Assembly: GCF_001194135.2 (NCBI RefSeq) | Contig: NC_068985.1 | Span: 33,112,603-33,167,650, forward strand | Direction: 5' to 3' | Source of the DNA: Octopus bimaculoides | Taxonomy: Eukaryota | Length of the DNA stretch: 55,048 nt | Part shown: in pieces, positions 24,226 to 36,699 of the stretch | Numbering within the stretch: position 1 is the first letter of the stretch | Layout: every line of letters begins with the position of its first letter | Translations under genes and position numbers: made by a program | The notes under the pieces: generated by a model | The model's database searches: none | Told to the model about the DNA's origin: nothing | Seen by the model: the letters and a program-made list of their open reading frames with translations, nothing else

Positions 24226-25716
24226 GTGATGCAGCTGAAACTGATGTCAATGGAGCCCATCAACTTCATGAGACAACCATGCAGCTTCTGTTGAAATTGT
24301 ATCAGCCACAGGACATCTACAATGCCGATGAAACTGGGATCTACTTTCATACATTACCAGGGAATACATATGTCAATGAGAGTTGCAAAACTGTGAGGGG
24401 CTTTAAAATGGCAAAGGACCGTGTGACCTTGATGGTGACTTGCAACATGAATGGAGACAAAGAAGACTTGCTCTTAATCAGAGAGGCTGGTTCACCAAGA
24501 TGCTTCAAAAATGTCAAAACGCTTCCAATTCAGAATGACTTTTCAACCAATGCTTGGATTACAGAAAATATCTATGGAAGATGGCTCAGATCTTGGGATC
24601 ACCGTTTGCAGGAATCTAGAAGACAAATGGTGGTCCTACGTGACAATTGCTCTTCTCATGTAGTCGTCGATGATCTCAAGAATATCACTTTAAAATTCCT
24701 TCCTCCCAACACGTCAGTGCTGTAGCCCTGTAACATGGGGATAATGAAAACCTTGAAAGCCTACTTCAGACATGAAATGCACGAGATCATTGATGTTATG
24801 AAAGACACTAAATGTGACATTTCTGCCCAAGAAGTTGCAAAGTGGATCACCATTTTGGATGCCATGTGCATGTTAAGCGTAACTTAGAAGAAAGTCTCTA
24901 ATCAGACAATCAAACATTGTTGGACCAAAGCTAGTTCCATGTCAGCCGAAGAACCAAATGAAGCCATAGATGTTAACAAAGATTTGATCCTGCCTTCACC
25001 GCCTACAGGACTGACCAAAAGGCAATTCGAGAACTGGTTGCCCGTAGATGATGGTGCTATTGTTGCTCCAGAGATCATCACTGAAGAAGAAAAACTAGAT
25101 GAGATCATTCATGAATTCGGCAATCTGAGAAGGAAACTGAAGGAAATGAAGATGGTGATGCTAACATTGATGTTGATGAAAGAGTTCCGGGGCTTCCAAC
25201 ACCAGCTGAAATGAGACACTATCTCACTTGATTAGAAAGTGACCTTGAAAGTTTTGATTTCAGTGATATGAATTTTTTTTAGAACTCTTAAAGAAAAAAA
25301 ATCAATGCAGAGATGCGAACAAAGCGTCCACCAAAGCAAACAGCATTCAACAAATTTTTCATTCAATGACATTGTTTATAATGTTTTTATTCATGTATTC
25401 GCATATGTATTTTAATTAATACACATGTTTAATCAATCAGTGAATTTTGTCCCCTCAGTTGATAAACTCCTCATTTAATTAATCCAAAACAGGCGGTCCA
25501 AAAATGGATTTATAAAGCAGGGTCCTGTTTAAGGTTGTTAATCTTAATTAATTACAATAATTAAAAGTGTCCACTAAAATAGCACACATCATCTACATGT
25601 CTATAATTGTACACAATCTAGATAAAAATTAACTGATTATAAGTAAATATAAACTTCTGATGATGAGATTTTAGCTTATAAACACAAATGCATTAATTTA
25701 AAGGAACAAAAGTTAC

Positions 25717-25869
25717 CTGAGCTAATGCTCTGTACAGCTTTTTCACCCTGCAGTTTAGAAAGGCCATATTTGTTCAGCGGATTCGGTGCATCAGTAACGT
25801 TGTATGGAGGACTGGTGCCATCAAATACATAGTCAGTGCTAATATACAAAAGCCAAGAAGAGGATTCCA
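25717..25869 (-). CDS. MAT2B: MAT2B internal exon (153 nt)
   Basis: Acceptor ttttctgtag, donor G/gtaact; [50 protein letters not shown] with the SDR YxxxK motif. Confidence 0.96.
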
Positions 25870-26124
25870 CTACAGAAAATTTGAAAAAAAATCGGAAAGA
25901 AATATAAAATTAAATACATTCTTTTGTTAAGCATTGATTTTATTACAATAGTTCTGTATCCTTATGGTCATCATCATATAATAGTTTTGTTTATATTGTC
26001 ATCTTGTCATGATCAGCAATAATGATACAGCAGTGTCTGTTAGCTGGTGAATACTTTTCAGTCAAAATGCATTGAGTGGAAGACTACAAACACACATAGT
26101 TCATCTACTTTTAAATAAACATGT

Positions 26125-26260
26125 AGGCGCAGGCACGGCTGTGTGGTTAGGAAGCCTGGTTTCAGTTCTGCTGTATGGCACCTTGGGTAAGTGTTTTCTA
26201 CTATAGCTTCAGACCAACTGAAGCCTTGTGATTGACTTTGGTCGGTGAAAGTTTCTGTCA
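26125..26260 (+). mobile_element. tRNA-derived SINE 5' part
   Basis: aggcgcaggcacggctgtgtggttaggaag..ggcaccttgggtaagtg. Confidence 0.75.
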
Positions 26261-26899
26261 TGTGTGTACATGTGTGTGTAAGTGCTTGTGTTTCCGAACA
26301 GAGAGGAGGTGGATTCCTCTTCTAAGTAAGGATCTTGAAGGGTAAACTTTCTTTATATAATGGGTGTTGCTCTGCACTGGTGGAGAAACTAAAGTAGCAG
26401 CAACTTACAGTTCTGGCTTTCTGCAGTACATGTATAAATGAATTTTTTCATTGTTCCCATAAAATACTTCATGTGGTAAAATCCAAACTGAATGGGAGAC
26501 CTTGTTATGCAAATACAGAATTCAGACAAGAAATCACATGCCTTGCTGATGCTGATGAGAGCCCCTCAACCTCTAGTCAATAACTGTATCCATAAATAAT
26601 GTCCAGCATGCAACCACTTGATATGAAAAGCTCTAAGAAATACAAAGCAGCCTAAGATCACAGAGTAGAAGGAAGTATGGGTAAGATTAGTAAGTTCACA
26701 TTGGATTGGAGTAGGACTTGAAACTTGACATGGAATACAGGCCCAAAAAGTCTCTCCTGCCATCTTAGCAATGCCTGAAAATTAAATGTTAATCTATATA
26801 AGCCATATCATCTTTATGATACTGCAGTGATATAATTTTGTAGTATTGGCATCTTCATCAAACAATGGTCATGAAGAATGATGCAACCTGAAACAGTTT

Positions 26900-28910
26900 G
26901 TCTTTAAATAGAGCAAAACTGGAAAGATTTTGAACTTGCCACTTGCATGAGCTTCAGTAGTTAAGCCTTGCTGTGTTGCCATTCTAACAAGCTTCTAAAG
27001 ACAATGTCTTAAGGAACTGCATTCTTTGCTCTGAGTGAATGTATGCTTTAGTTGTGTTATTCTTCAAAGTCTGATGATGGGAATGTTGACTGACATAGTC
27101 TGCCAGATTCTTGTCATTTTTACCAGAATGATAGAGTAAACTGCACTAATTTAGTACAAGGCAAACTATCCAACATTCTATGTCATGGCTGGCCTCTGGC
27201 TTTTGATCATGCCTAGAAGTAGCTTGTGGTGACATGATGGTAAACTTTGACCAGAACAAGATGAAAATACTTGACAGCATGCACAACAATCAGTATTTAT
27301 TTTCAGTTTGGGAGTAGTATTGTTCCACCCCTGTTAACAATCAGGTTATGTAACCAATGATCTTACCTTCTTGCATCAACAATGGCATGTTTTCTTCTTG
27401 AAGATGAAATAGACTCTCAAACTTGTTTTAGTTAGTATTTCCTTAAGTTTGTCAATAACCAGCTGCTACACCTCAGAGCATCTTCTAGAGGATGTTCTGT
27501 CTTGTGAGGTCTCAGAGGGGGACACATTTGGCTTCAAAGTGGGGGCGAAATCTAGAGACGTATTGAGCTATACCTCTAATTAAGCAGATTACTCCAAAAG
27601 TTTTTTGTAGTCTACATCTAATGATGGTCTGCAATTTTTAAGGATCAGATGAGACTCCCTTTTCATTGAAGACATGACCACAGAAAGTGAGCTTCTTGAC
27701 AGTAATCAGGCATTTTCATTGGATTGAGAATCCTGGAAACGTTCCAAGATTGCCTTCAAGCTTGCTTCATGTATAACCTGATTCTTCTCATGAATATTCT
27801 CAACGGAAGAAACCTGCAACTGCTTTTCAGAAAGATCTCGGATGCTACTGCAACACCAAATAGCTGCCCTTTGTATAGATACAGCCCTCAGTGCCAGGTA
27901 TACTTTGTTATATACTGACATGATTCTGCCAGTTCAAGCTGGTGATATGTATTTAACAGGTTCAACCTGCTTATGTCTGTAGATGAGTCGAGGTCAGCAA
28001 TGAGTCATTAACAACTAGCATGGAAAGCTTCTCCCTCTGATGACCTCATTCACTTTTCACATGTTAGCACAAACTCTTACTCTTTATTTTCTTGGGTATC
28101 ATTATCATCACAGGACTCACCAAGTGTGTGGGACTCATAATCTTTTCAATGTTATCTAGCTGTTCTAATTATGCACTGTCTGTTTCCACATCTTTCCAAA
28201 CATGATCATGATCACAGAAATTTTACCAACCTTACTACTGAAAGGTGATTGGTCAGGGTTTACAGAATGATGAAAAGGCAAAATGATCCATATGCATAGG
28301 TGAAAGCTGATTGTTTCCACATGCTGGGTTTATCATGCATAGAGTAAAGGATAAAGACCCTTTTTGGTCATGAATGACCATGGGATTGCACCTAGAAAAT
28401 TACCCTCCAAGACACAAGTTCGAGCAAGGTTGTTTATGGGAGACCAGCAGTCGCCCATGCATACCAGCCTCCCCTCTCCATGCCACTGATGTTATCCAAA
28501 GGAAAGCACTGATGTTATCCAAAGGAATACAGCTTGGCACCAGTGATGCTGCAACTCATTTCTACAGCTGAGTGAACTGGAGCAACATGAAATAAAGTGT
28601 CATGCTCAAGAACACAACACACAGCCCGGTCCATTAATCAAATTCACTTCCTCATTATTGTGAGACCAATGCTTGGATGCCATAATTATTCTCTATTACT
28701 GATGTTGGCATCAGAATCAACTAAGAATGTTACCATAGTGCCATTGCTGCAAATAATAATGGTTGGAGTTTTTGATATGTGTGTATGCATGTTCTTGATT
28801 GTAAAGACAGATTTGTTACTGGATGGAAATGTCCTCATTTCATTCTCAGGTCCAGGAATATGAGAAAAAAATCTGAACTGACAAACATTAGCAAAAAGGT
28901 TCATCTTACA
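26900..28910 (-). mobile_element. Decayed Gypsy LTR retrotransposon pol remnant (protease, RT, connection) in a MAT2B intron
   Basis: VTFLVDSDANIS (protease-like, about 28700-28740); LEQLDNIEKIMSPTHLVSPVMIMIPK..KVRVC (RT start); HEASLKAILERFQ; GIAQYVSRFRPHFEAKCVPL*DL. Confidence 0.75.
28320..28632 (-). mobile_element. SINE inserted into the Gypsy remnant, with a ~23-bp internal tandem duplication
   Basis: Family motifs gagtgaactggagcaac.tgaaataaagtg..gctcaagaacacaac; cactgatgttatccaaaggaa occurs twice. Confidence 0.65.
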
Positions 28911-29635
28911 GCAGTTTCTGCATTTTTTACCTCTTAGCTAGACAGGAAGCATGGAATTATGAGTCAACACAGAAGTGGCAAACTGCTAAATCATTGACCT
29001 ATATGGAGTACTGGAGCCACATCGAGACAATGTTACAGGGCATCATGAAAACTGACAACTAATAACAAGAACTTGCTTCCTAGAATAATTGTTTTTCAGG
29101 GCTTTGTGTCTGATACTTGTGGAAGAACAGCTTATCAAAACTTATGCAAAAATTTCTCTGCTCACATTGTTAATCTTACATGCTGCAGATAAACGAAAAT
29201 AACTTCATACCTGACAGATTACTGAAACTCACAGGCAGACTTCTTTTATTTATCAACAAGATGTCATTTTGTGCATCAATAAACATACTTCTACAAAAAT
29301 TATAACTTTGCTATACTATAGATGCTAGTTTACATATGAAGGAAAGATGTATATAAATGTGTGTAGAAATACTACAAAATAACCCACAACTAGTTATCAA
29401 AATGAGACAAAACACTAAAATTTGTCATTTCAACTCAAAACTGACAAAGGAAAGTAAGATATATTTATAAATTTTGTATTTTCCAATAACCAAGACTTAT
29501 CACATGAAAATAACTTTCTTCAACTTTCAGCTTCTGTTCGTTCATCTTATTTGAATTTGTTGCACTAATACCAAAGTTAACCATTTCTTTTTTTAATTAG
29601 TAAGCTTCAAACCAAAATAAATTAACTGTCAATAC

Positions 29636-29750
29636 CTGCAGCCTTACACAATGCCATTGTGGCTTCGACATTCAGTTTATAAGAAGCTTCTTCATTATTT
29701 TCTACAATATCAGGTCGTCTCTCAGCAGCACAGTGAATAATAACATCAGG
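29636..29750 (-). CDS. MAT2B: MAT2B internal exon (115 nt)
   Basis: Acceptor ttattccag, donor G/gtatt; [38 protein letters not shown]. Confidence 0.96.
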
Positions 29751-30119
29751 CTGGAATAAGAATGTTAATATTCAAGAATTCTGATTTCATAACAAATCAA
29801 TATTTTTATAAATTTAGCAATATACAAAAAAATACATCATTTATATTATGTTTTTATGCTCCATATCATATCAGTTACATGTAATTAGCTAGTGGTTTTA
29901 GGTATTAATTCAAACAGTAACAGAGTTTTTAAAAATCAATAGAAATCTGAGAGCTACCTACTGATAAACTCTGCAGTTTAAGGAATTCATTTCTATATTA
30001 AGATGTAACAGTTATATTATACAATAAACACCAGTACTAATGATAATAACAGAAAGAATAATGAAGATAGTAAACAATATAGGTTTGCAGAAATTGGTTC
30101 TTAAAGGTAAATACATTTC

Positions 30120-30546
30120 ATCAGAGGAAACCTGTGGAAGGAGTAGACCCAGGATAACATGTAACAAAGTGGTGAGAAAGGATCTTCAAATGCTGGGCCT
30201 CACTGAAGAAATGATAAGGGACCGAGAGTTGTGGTGATTTACTGTACTTGAGAACACATGTCAAGCTAAGTACAATCAAAGCCATCCACACATACACACA
30301 GGCATGTCCTTTACAGATGCCAGTGTCACATAAAGTGCACTTATGCTGGTGCTGTATAAATACACCCATTCCAGCAGCACATACAAATGCACCCAGCACA
30401 TTCTGTAAAGTAGTTGGTGTAAGGGAGGGCATCCAACCATAGAAACCATGCCACAGCAGACAATTGGGGTCTGGCCAGCTCCTGTCAAACCGTTCAACCC
30501 ATGCCAGTATAGAAAACGGATGTTAAACGATGATGATGATGATGAT
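30120..30546 (+). mobile_element. RTE LINE 3' end
   Basis: EETCGRSRPRITCNKVVRKDLQMLGLTEEMIRDRELW plus family 3' UTR and (GAT)n. Confidence 0.8.
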
Positions 30547-30554
30547 CACAGGTC

Positions 30555-30793
30555 ATTATTACAAACACTGTTGCAGTCCCTACAATAAACAGCAGTGCTA
30601 AGGTCCTCTTTACAAACAACAATGTTTGGTTCCCACCATGAACGGCAGTGTTGAAACCCATGCAACAAACAACAATGTAAACTCTCTACTACAATCAGAA
30701 ATGCTGAAGCTGCCACAACAAACAACAGTGTAAAGTGTCCACTATGAACAGCAATGATGTCTACATTGCAAACAACAAAATAAAGTCTCTACT
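30555..30793 (+). repeat. Degenerate ~30-bp minisatellite (acaaacaacagtgtaaaggtccctact-like)
   Basis: About eight diverged units sharing acaa(a/t)aac..agtg.taa. Confidence 0.6.
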
Positions 30794-31794
30794 TTAGTTA
30801 ATTAGGATAAGGGATCCTCTAATTTGCTGGTCAGCCTGCGGGGAATAGCAGCTAAGTATCTTCAAATTACACCCTATCACCATCATCATCATCAATATTT
30901 AACATCTGTTTCCCATGCTGGCATGGGTTGGAAGGCTCGACAGGAACTGGCATGGTCAGGGGAAGCACCAGATACCATAGTCTGTTTTGGCTTGGTTTCT
31001 AATGCTGGATGCCCTTCCTTATGTCAACCACTTTACAGAGTGTACTGGTGCTTTTTATGTGACACTATCACCAGTGCTTTTTACATGATACTTTGGTTTC
31101 AGGATCTCAATTCTGTTGTGGTGGGAGTGTCTTCTCGGGTACGGCAATGCGGCACATATCTCAGCCCTCTGTCATTTTCTTTGTAAGGTTCAGCATCTTG
31201 AGATCGACCTTTAATACTTCATTTCATGTCTTCCTGAGTCTCCTTCTTCCACGACTTCCCTCCACTTTAAGTGATCGGCACTTCTTTATGCAACTGTCCT
31301 CATCCATCCACATCACATGACTACCAGCACGGTCTCTCTTGCACACTGCATATAATTCCTCTTATACCCGACTTCTCTCTCAATATATCAATGCTCTGTT
31401 GCATATGCACAGGCATCACACATCCAGCAGAGCATACCAACTTTGTACCTCTCCAGCCTTTGCATGTTCTCTACATTCAGGGCCCATATCTCACTACCAT
31501 GCAGCATTGCAGTTCGTACACATGCATCATACAATCTTCCCTTCACATGGAGAGACCTTTGGTTGCCAACAGAGGTAAAAGCTCTCTGAACTTTCTCCAT
31601 CCTATTCTTATTCTAGCAATTACACTTTCTGTACAGCCTCCTCCTCTGCTAATTAGGTCAACTAGGTAGCAAAAATTATCTACAACTTCCCAAGAGTCAC
31701 CAGGACATTTAAGGAAATCACTTTCCCAGCTCCCATACATCTTCCACAAACACTACTTTCTCTGTTAACCTTCCTATTATTCCACTGCCATTTG

Positions 31795-31890
31795 TCCAGG
31801 CATTAGACAACTTTTTAGAAGGAAAAAACTTCAAATCTGAAGAAGATGCAAAAACAGCCTTTCATGATTTCATCACCTCTTGCTCTCCAG
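31795..31890 (+). repeat. 96-bp exact copy of mariner 33580-33675 embedded in the RTE
   Basis: tccaggcattagacaactttttagaagg...catcacctcttgctctccag is identical at both sites. Confidence 0.95.
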
Positions 31891-32225
31891 TATACTGAAT
31901 GGAATTTCTGCCTACACTTTTCTTACATATCAAGCAGGACCATTTACCAGAAGGGTGAAGGGTCCTGTCCAATTTCCTGTTTACTAAGTACTTGGTCATT
32001 TCTAAGTTTACTTTAAGATCACTGTCCTCTAACTTTACTAACAGCACCTCTTCACATGGCCTGTACTGCTTCCACAAGCCATTTATCTATTCCTAGTTTC
32101 CTCAGAGACCACCATATCACAGAGCAAGGAACTCTGTCAAAGGCTTTCTCTAGATTAACAAATGCCAAGTACAACAGCTTGTTCTTAGGTAAATACTTCT
32201 CTTGAAGTTGCATGACTATGAAAAT

Positions 32226-33824
32226 ATCAGGTCATTAAGAATGAAATGTCCAATTTTTTTATGCACCAAGTTTGACAGTCATTAACTCTAATGTTTAATC
32301 CTGACAATTCTTTGTTTTACAACATTGAAGAGTTACATCATTACTTTGCAAAATGCAATTCGTTGTGTCTGATTATATTGCGAGTTTTCTCTTGTAAATC
32401 AATTTTTCTGAACCCATGGATAGATCAAAAATTCATGTTGTTTATGAATATGAGTTCCATCATGGAACCAATGCATCCCAGACAGCTCAAAACATCAATG
32501 AGGTGTTTGGTGAAGATGTGGCAAATGAGCACACTGTACGTCAATGGTTTGAGAAATTCCGGTCTGGTGACTTTACTCTTGAAAATCAGCCCCGTAGTAG
32601 ACCTAAGATCAAGGTGGATAATGATGAGCTGGAAACTGTAGTGGAAGTGGATATATTTCAAACTACATGTGAGTTAGCAATAAGGCTTGAAGTTTCAATT
32701 CCAACTGTATTGGACCATCTGAAACAAATCGGCAAGGTAAAGAAACTGGACAAGTGGGTACCACATGAACTGAACGAGCATCAAATGACATGTCATCTTG
32801 AAACTTGCTGTTCTTTGCAGTCACAGCATAAAAGCGAACCATTTTTGCATCATAGTGTTACATGTGATGAAAAATGGATTCTTTTCAACAATAGCAAGCA
32901 TTCTGCATGGTGGTTGGATAGAGACGAAGTGCCAAAACAGAATATTCACCAAAAAAAGCTAATGGCGCCTGTTTGGTGGTGAAGCACTAGTGTCATCCAC
33001 TACAGCTTCATGAGACCTGATAAATCAATTACAGCGGATGTATATATTAACCAATTGGACGAAATGATGAGCGAACTTGCAATTAAACAACCAAGATTGG
33101 TTAATAGAGACAGGCCAATTCTCTTGCAAAAAATGCTCAACCACATGTTGCACAAAGAATCATCATCATCATCATCATCGTTTAACGTCTGCTTTCCATA
33201 CTAGCATGGATTGGACGATTTGACTGAGGACTGGTGAACCATATGGCTACACCTGGCTCCAATCTGATTTGGCAGAGTTTCTACAGCTGGATGCCCTTCC
33301 TAACGCCAACCACTTCGAGAGTGTAGTGGGTGCTTTTATGTGCCACGGGCACAAAGGTCAGTCAGGCGGTACTGGCAATGGCCATGCTCAAAATGGTGCA
33401 TTTTACATGCCACCTGCACAGGAGCCAGTCCAGCAGCACTGGCAACGACCTCGCTCGAATGTCTTTTCACGTGCCACCGGCACAAGTGCCAATGCTACTC
33501 AAATTACGGGAACTGAACTTGGAAGTACTCTGTCATTCACCATATTAACCAGACCTTGCACCAACTGACTATCATGTTTTCCAGGCATTAGACAACTTTT
33601 TAGAAGGAAAAAACTTCAAATCTGAAGAAGATGCAAAAACAGCCTTTCATGATTTCATCACCTCTTGCTCTCCAGAATTCTTCGCTGCCAGCATAAATGA
33701 GCTACTGATAAAATGGCAAAACTGTGTTGATAATTTAAGTGCATTTAGCTGCATTGCTTTTTGTTGCGATAAAGTAAAATAAACTTTCAGTTCAAAATCA
33801 GACATTTCATTCTTAATGACTAGA
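32226..33824 (+). mobile_element. Mariner (DD34D) transposon, full length but inactivated
   Basis: TA at 32224-32225 and 33825-33826; TIRs tcaggtcattaagaatgaaatgtcc / gacatttcattcttaatgactaga; transposase from 32416 with WVPHEL, TCDEKW, SPY*PDLAPTDYHVF. Confidence 0.95.
33161..33490 (-). mobile_element. RTE-tail retroposon inserted in the mariner transposase
   Basis: (CAT)n tail and body homologous to 2562-2789; AAT duplicated at 33158-33160 and 33491-33493; removal restores HVAQRMLLKLRELNLEVL. Confidence 0.9.
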
Positions 33825-34677
33825 TAGCATCCATGGTGCTTCTCCTTTTGTTCTAATCTAGTTTAATTTTGTTCCTAATTAATTGGGCTATAACTCTCTA
33901 TGCAACTTTCATCACCCTCTCCAACAATTTGATGCCTCTATAATTACTTCTATCTAAGACATCTCCCTTGTCCTTGTAGCAACTGTTTATGATGCTAATT
34001 CCTCTTGGTTGTTATAACCACAATAATCCAACCATTGTATCCTCTGGTTTTGTTTAGGAATCTATCATATTCCCAGAATTTGGACCCAAACCCTTTATTA
34101 AATCCACGAGGGTAGGTTATTCACATTACATTGGCCATACTGGAAATATTCTCCTTCTTAGTTATTTTACTCCTTGTGTTGCTACTAATTTATTATGCTT
34201 TAACCAGAATGTGTATAACTTGACTGACTTTGTGATTGAACTCACACTACTAGCTGAACTATTACACTTAATACTTAATCCACACTTTTATTCACAATTC
34301 CATCATCCAATAGACTTAATAATGGTTTTGGTATTAAATGCCAAGAACATTACTGAATATGACACATATCAAGACAGAGGGTACAATAGATAAAACATTG
34401 TGATAATAGCAACCAACGGATAAAAATTCACATTCTGTTGTCTTACAAAAAAAAAAAAAAAGATGGTTTTGGCTGAATTACTTTCAGAAATTGACCTAGA
34501 AATAAACAACAGGACCATTAGTGTTTAGAGCTCACTAGCAAATTAGTACTTATTATAGTAACTCAAATTTTAGCATACAGTATCATATCTTTCATCTAAT
34601 CCAAGAAATAGGAAATAATATGAAAAAAAGATGAAAAAAAAAAATGAAGAAAAATCTAAAAAAAGAAAATTGCTTAC

Positions 34678-34741
34678 TTTGAACTTTGATACTGTCTGAA
34701 ATACCTCTTTTTCATCTGTCAAATCTAATTTATGAAGTGAC
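34678..34741 (-). CDS. MAT2B: MAT2B upstream coding exon, 3' part (remainder hidden in the N gap)
   Basis: SLHKLDLTDEKEVFQTVSKFK followed by donor gtaagc, phase 0, joining PDVIIHC; matches the region preceding [15 protein letters not shown] in MAT2B. Confidence 0.88.
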
Positions 34742-35175
34742 NNNNNNNNNNNNNNNNNNNNNNNNNNNNNNNNNNNNNNNNNNNNNNNNNNNNNNNNNNN
34801 NNNNNNNNNNNNNNNNNNNNNNNNNNNNNNNNNNNNNNNNNNNNNNNNNNNNNNNNNNNNNNNNNNNNNNNNNNNNNNNNNNNNNNNNNNNNNNNNNNNN
34901 NNNNNNNNNNNNNNNNNNNNNNNNNNNNNNNNNNNNNNNNNNNNNNNNNNNNNNNNNNNNNNNNNNNNNNNNNNNNNNNNNNNNNNNNNNNNNNNNNNNN
35001 NNNNNNNNNNNNNNNNNNNNNNNNNNNNNNNNNNNNNNNNNNNNNNNNNNNNNNNNNNNNNTTTAATGACAACTTAAAACTGTAGTAACATATAATCACA
35101 AGAATTGTTTGTATTTGGAGTATTCAAAATTCATAAATATAACATACAGACACTGAAATTATTATTTAGAATCGG

Positions 35176-35560
35176 TAGGGCAGCGAACTGACAGAATCAG
35201 TAGCATGTCAAGCAAAATGCTTAGCAGCATTTCATCAATCTTTACATTCTGAATTCAAATTCAACTACCTTTCATCTTGGGGGGGGGGGTGTCAATAAAT
35301 AATTACCAGTTGACCACGGGGTTCAATGTAATCAACTTATACCCTCCTCTGAACTTGCTGGCTTTGTGCCAAAATTTGAAACCAATATTTAGAATTACTG
35401 CATCCAGTTAACATTAGGAAAGATATCCAGCCATAGAAACCATGCCAACATTGACATTGGAGCTCAACATAGTCCTGCAACTTATTAGACAAACCATCCA
35501 ACTCATGCCAGCATGAAAAATTGATGTTAAATGCTGCTGCTGCTGCTGATGATGATGATG
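35176..35560 (+). mobile_element. Decayed tRNA-SINE fused to an RTE-tail fragment
   Basis: agggcagcgaactgacagaatcagtagc head; catccagccatagaaaccatgcc..(GAT)n tail. Confidence 0.65.
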
Positions 35561-35681
35561 ATTGCATTAGTTTACAAATATCAAACTATTTAATAAATTT
35601 TAATGTGATTTTTTAAAATGAGAATAAATTGCTTGGTAGGAAACTTAACTTTGAGTGTGTGATATGTTCAGGCAGGGACAA

Positions 35682-35897
35682 GGTGGCAAGCTGGCAGAAT
35701 TGTTAGCACGCCAAGCAAAATGTTTAATGGCATTTCATCTGTCTTTGCATTCTGAGTCCAAACACCACTGAGGTCAACTTTGCCTTTCATCCTTTTGTGG
35801 TTGATAAAATAAGCACCAGAAGAACACTGGTGTCGATTTAATCAACTTACCCCTTCCTTCAAACCTGCTGGCCTTGTACCAAAATTTAAAACCAATA
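35682..35897 (+). mobile_element. tRNA-derived SINE, CpG-decayed
   Basis: ggtggcaagctggcagaattgttagcacgcc..; same family as 48915. Confidence 0.85.
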
Positions 35898-36699
35898 TTT
35901 TGGAGCAGGAATCATTATGATAAAAAATTTGGAGAGTATGTTGAATAGTCACCTTTCCAACCTTTTCTGTTTCTTTTCTTTTTCAAAATTTTTTGGGGGA
36001 TTCCTATGTGTTCTACAACAGAGATTATGATTTTAAAGCTTGTCCAATAAACATGATGAAAAAAGCAGAAGTATATAGATGCAAACGATATTTTGTCTTC
36101 CCACTAATAAAAAGGGTGGAGGGGAGATTTAATGTTTCTGCGTGAGCTGGTAAGAGAGAGAGAGCAAGAATAAATATGCATGTGCATTCCTTATTACTCA
36201 GACAGATCTTATTATTTCAGAATCGTGAATTTTTCTTTTTGTGTATATGGGACTATATCACCCTATGTTTTCTTTCATTGTATGTGGTTTGAAGGAGATT
36301 TGGCTGTTATTTCTAGCATGTTGAGCCACTATACTGAACCCTTCCTCAAGATGTCTGCGGAATCAGTTGGTATCCACGCACGCGCATATGAACGGACAAG
36401 TTTCAAAGTAACCTGATGATTGGTTCTGAGATGGGTGTGGATATTTCGAAAGCCTTAACTTAATTGTTTTGCTTTAAATTGTCCAGTCTATTTTTGTACA
36501 TTTTCAGTTTCATCTTTCTTTCATTTTCACGTTAAGAAAATACTGGTGCCCCCGTTTTGAACAAGATCCGGAAAGTATTCTACTTTTGCTAACCCATCCT
36601 TTTTTTAATTATAATAAACCATTTCTTACATTGAAAACAGGTCACAAATTTTAAAAAAGAAAACTCATGAATAGTATCGATCAGAAATTGACTTTATCA

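Larger units (their letters stand above)
23269..25527 (+). mobile_element. pogo/Tigger (CENP-B/jerky-like) DNA transposon, pseudogenised, in the last MAT2B intron in antisense orientation
   Basis: HTH region (GISRSLLQYLLK; FKASKGWFYRW), DDE motifs NADETG, LRDNCSSH, LPPNTSVL*PCNMG; in-frame stops; degenerate TIRs cagtagatcccacttaatgtatcc / ggatttataaagcagggtcctg. Confidence 0.9.
30878..33985 (-). mobile_element. RTE LINE (3' tail plus RT), interrupted by mariner
   Basis: VVDNFCYLVDLISRGGGCTESVIARIRIGWRKFRELLPLLATKGLS; AFVNLEKAFDRVP; QLQEKYL; continues after the mariner as GRSTMDA. Confidence 0.85.
22631..34741 (-). other. MAT2B: MAT2B gene span (methionine adenosyltransferase II regulatory beta subunit, RmlD-like SDR fold); 5' end in or beyond the gap at 34742-35061
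   Basis: Four exons join in frame (phases 0, 1, 1): [35 protein letters not shown]../[23 protein letters not shown]../DFAILRVPLLYG.. Confidence 0.93.

Noticed and set aside
23724-25214. Tigger ORFs as a domesticated TIGD/jerky host gene
   Set aside because: In-frame stops at 23958 and 24723, further frameshifts, third catalytic Asp altered, TIR remnants present
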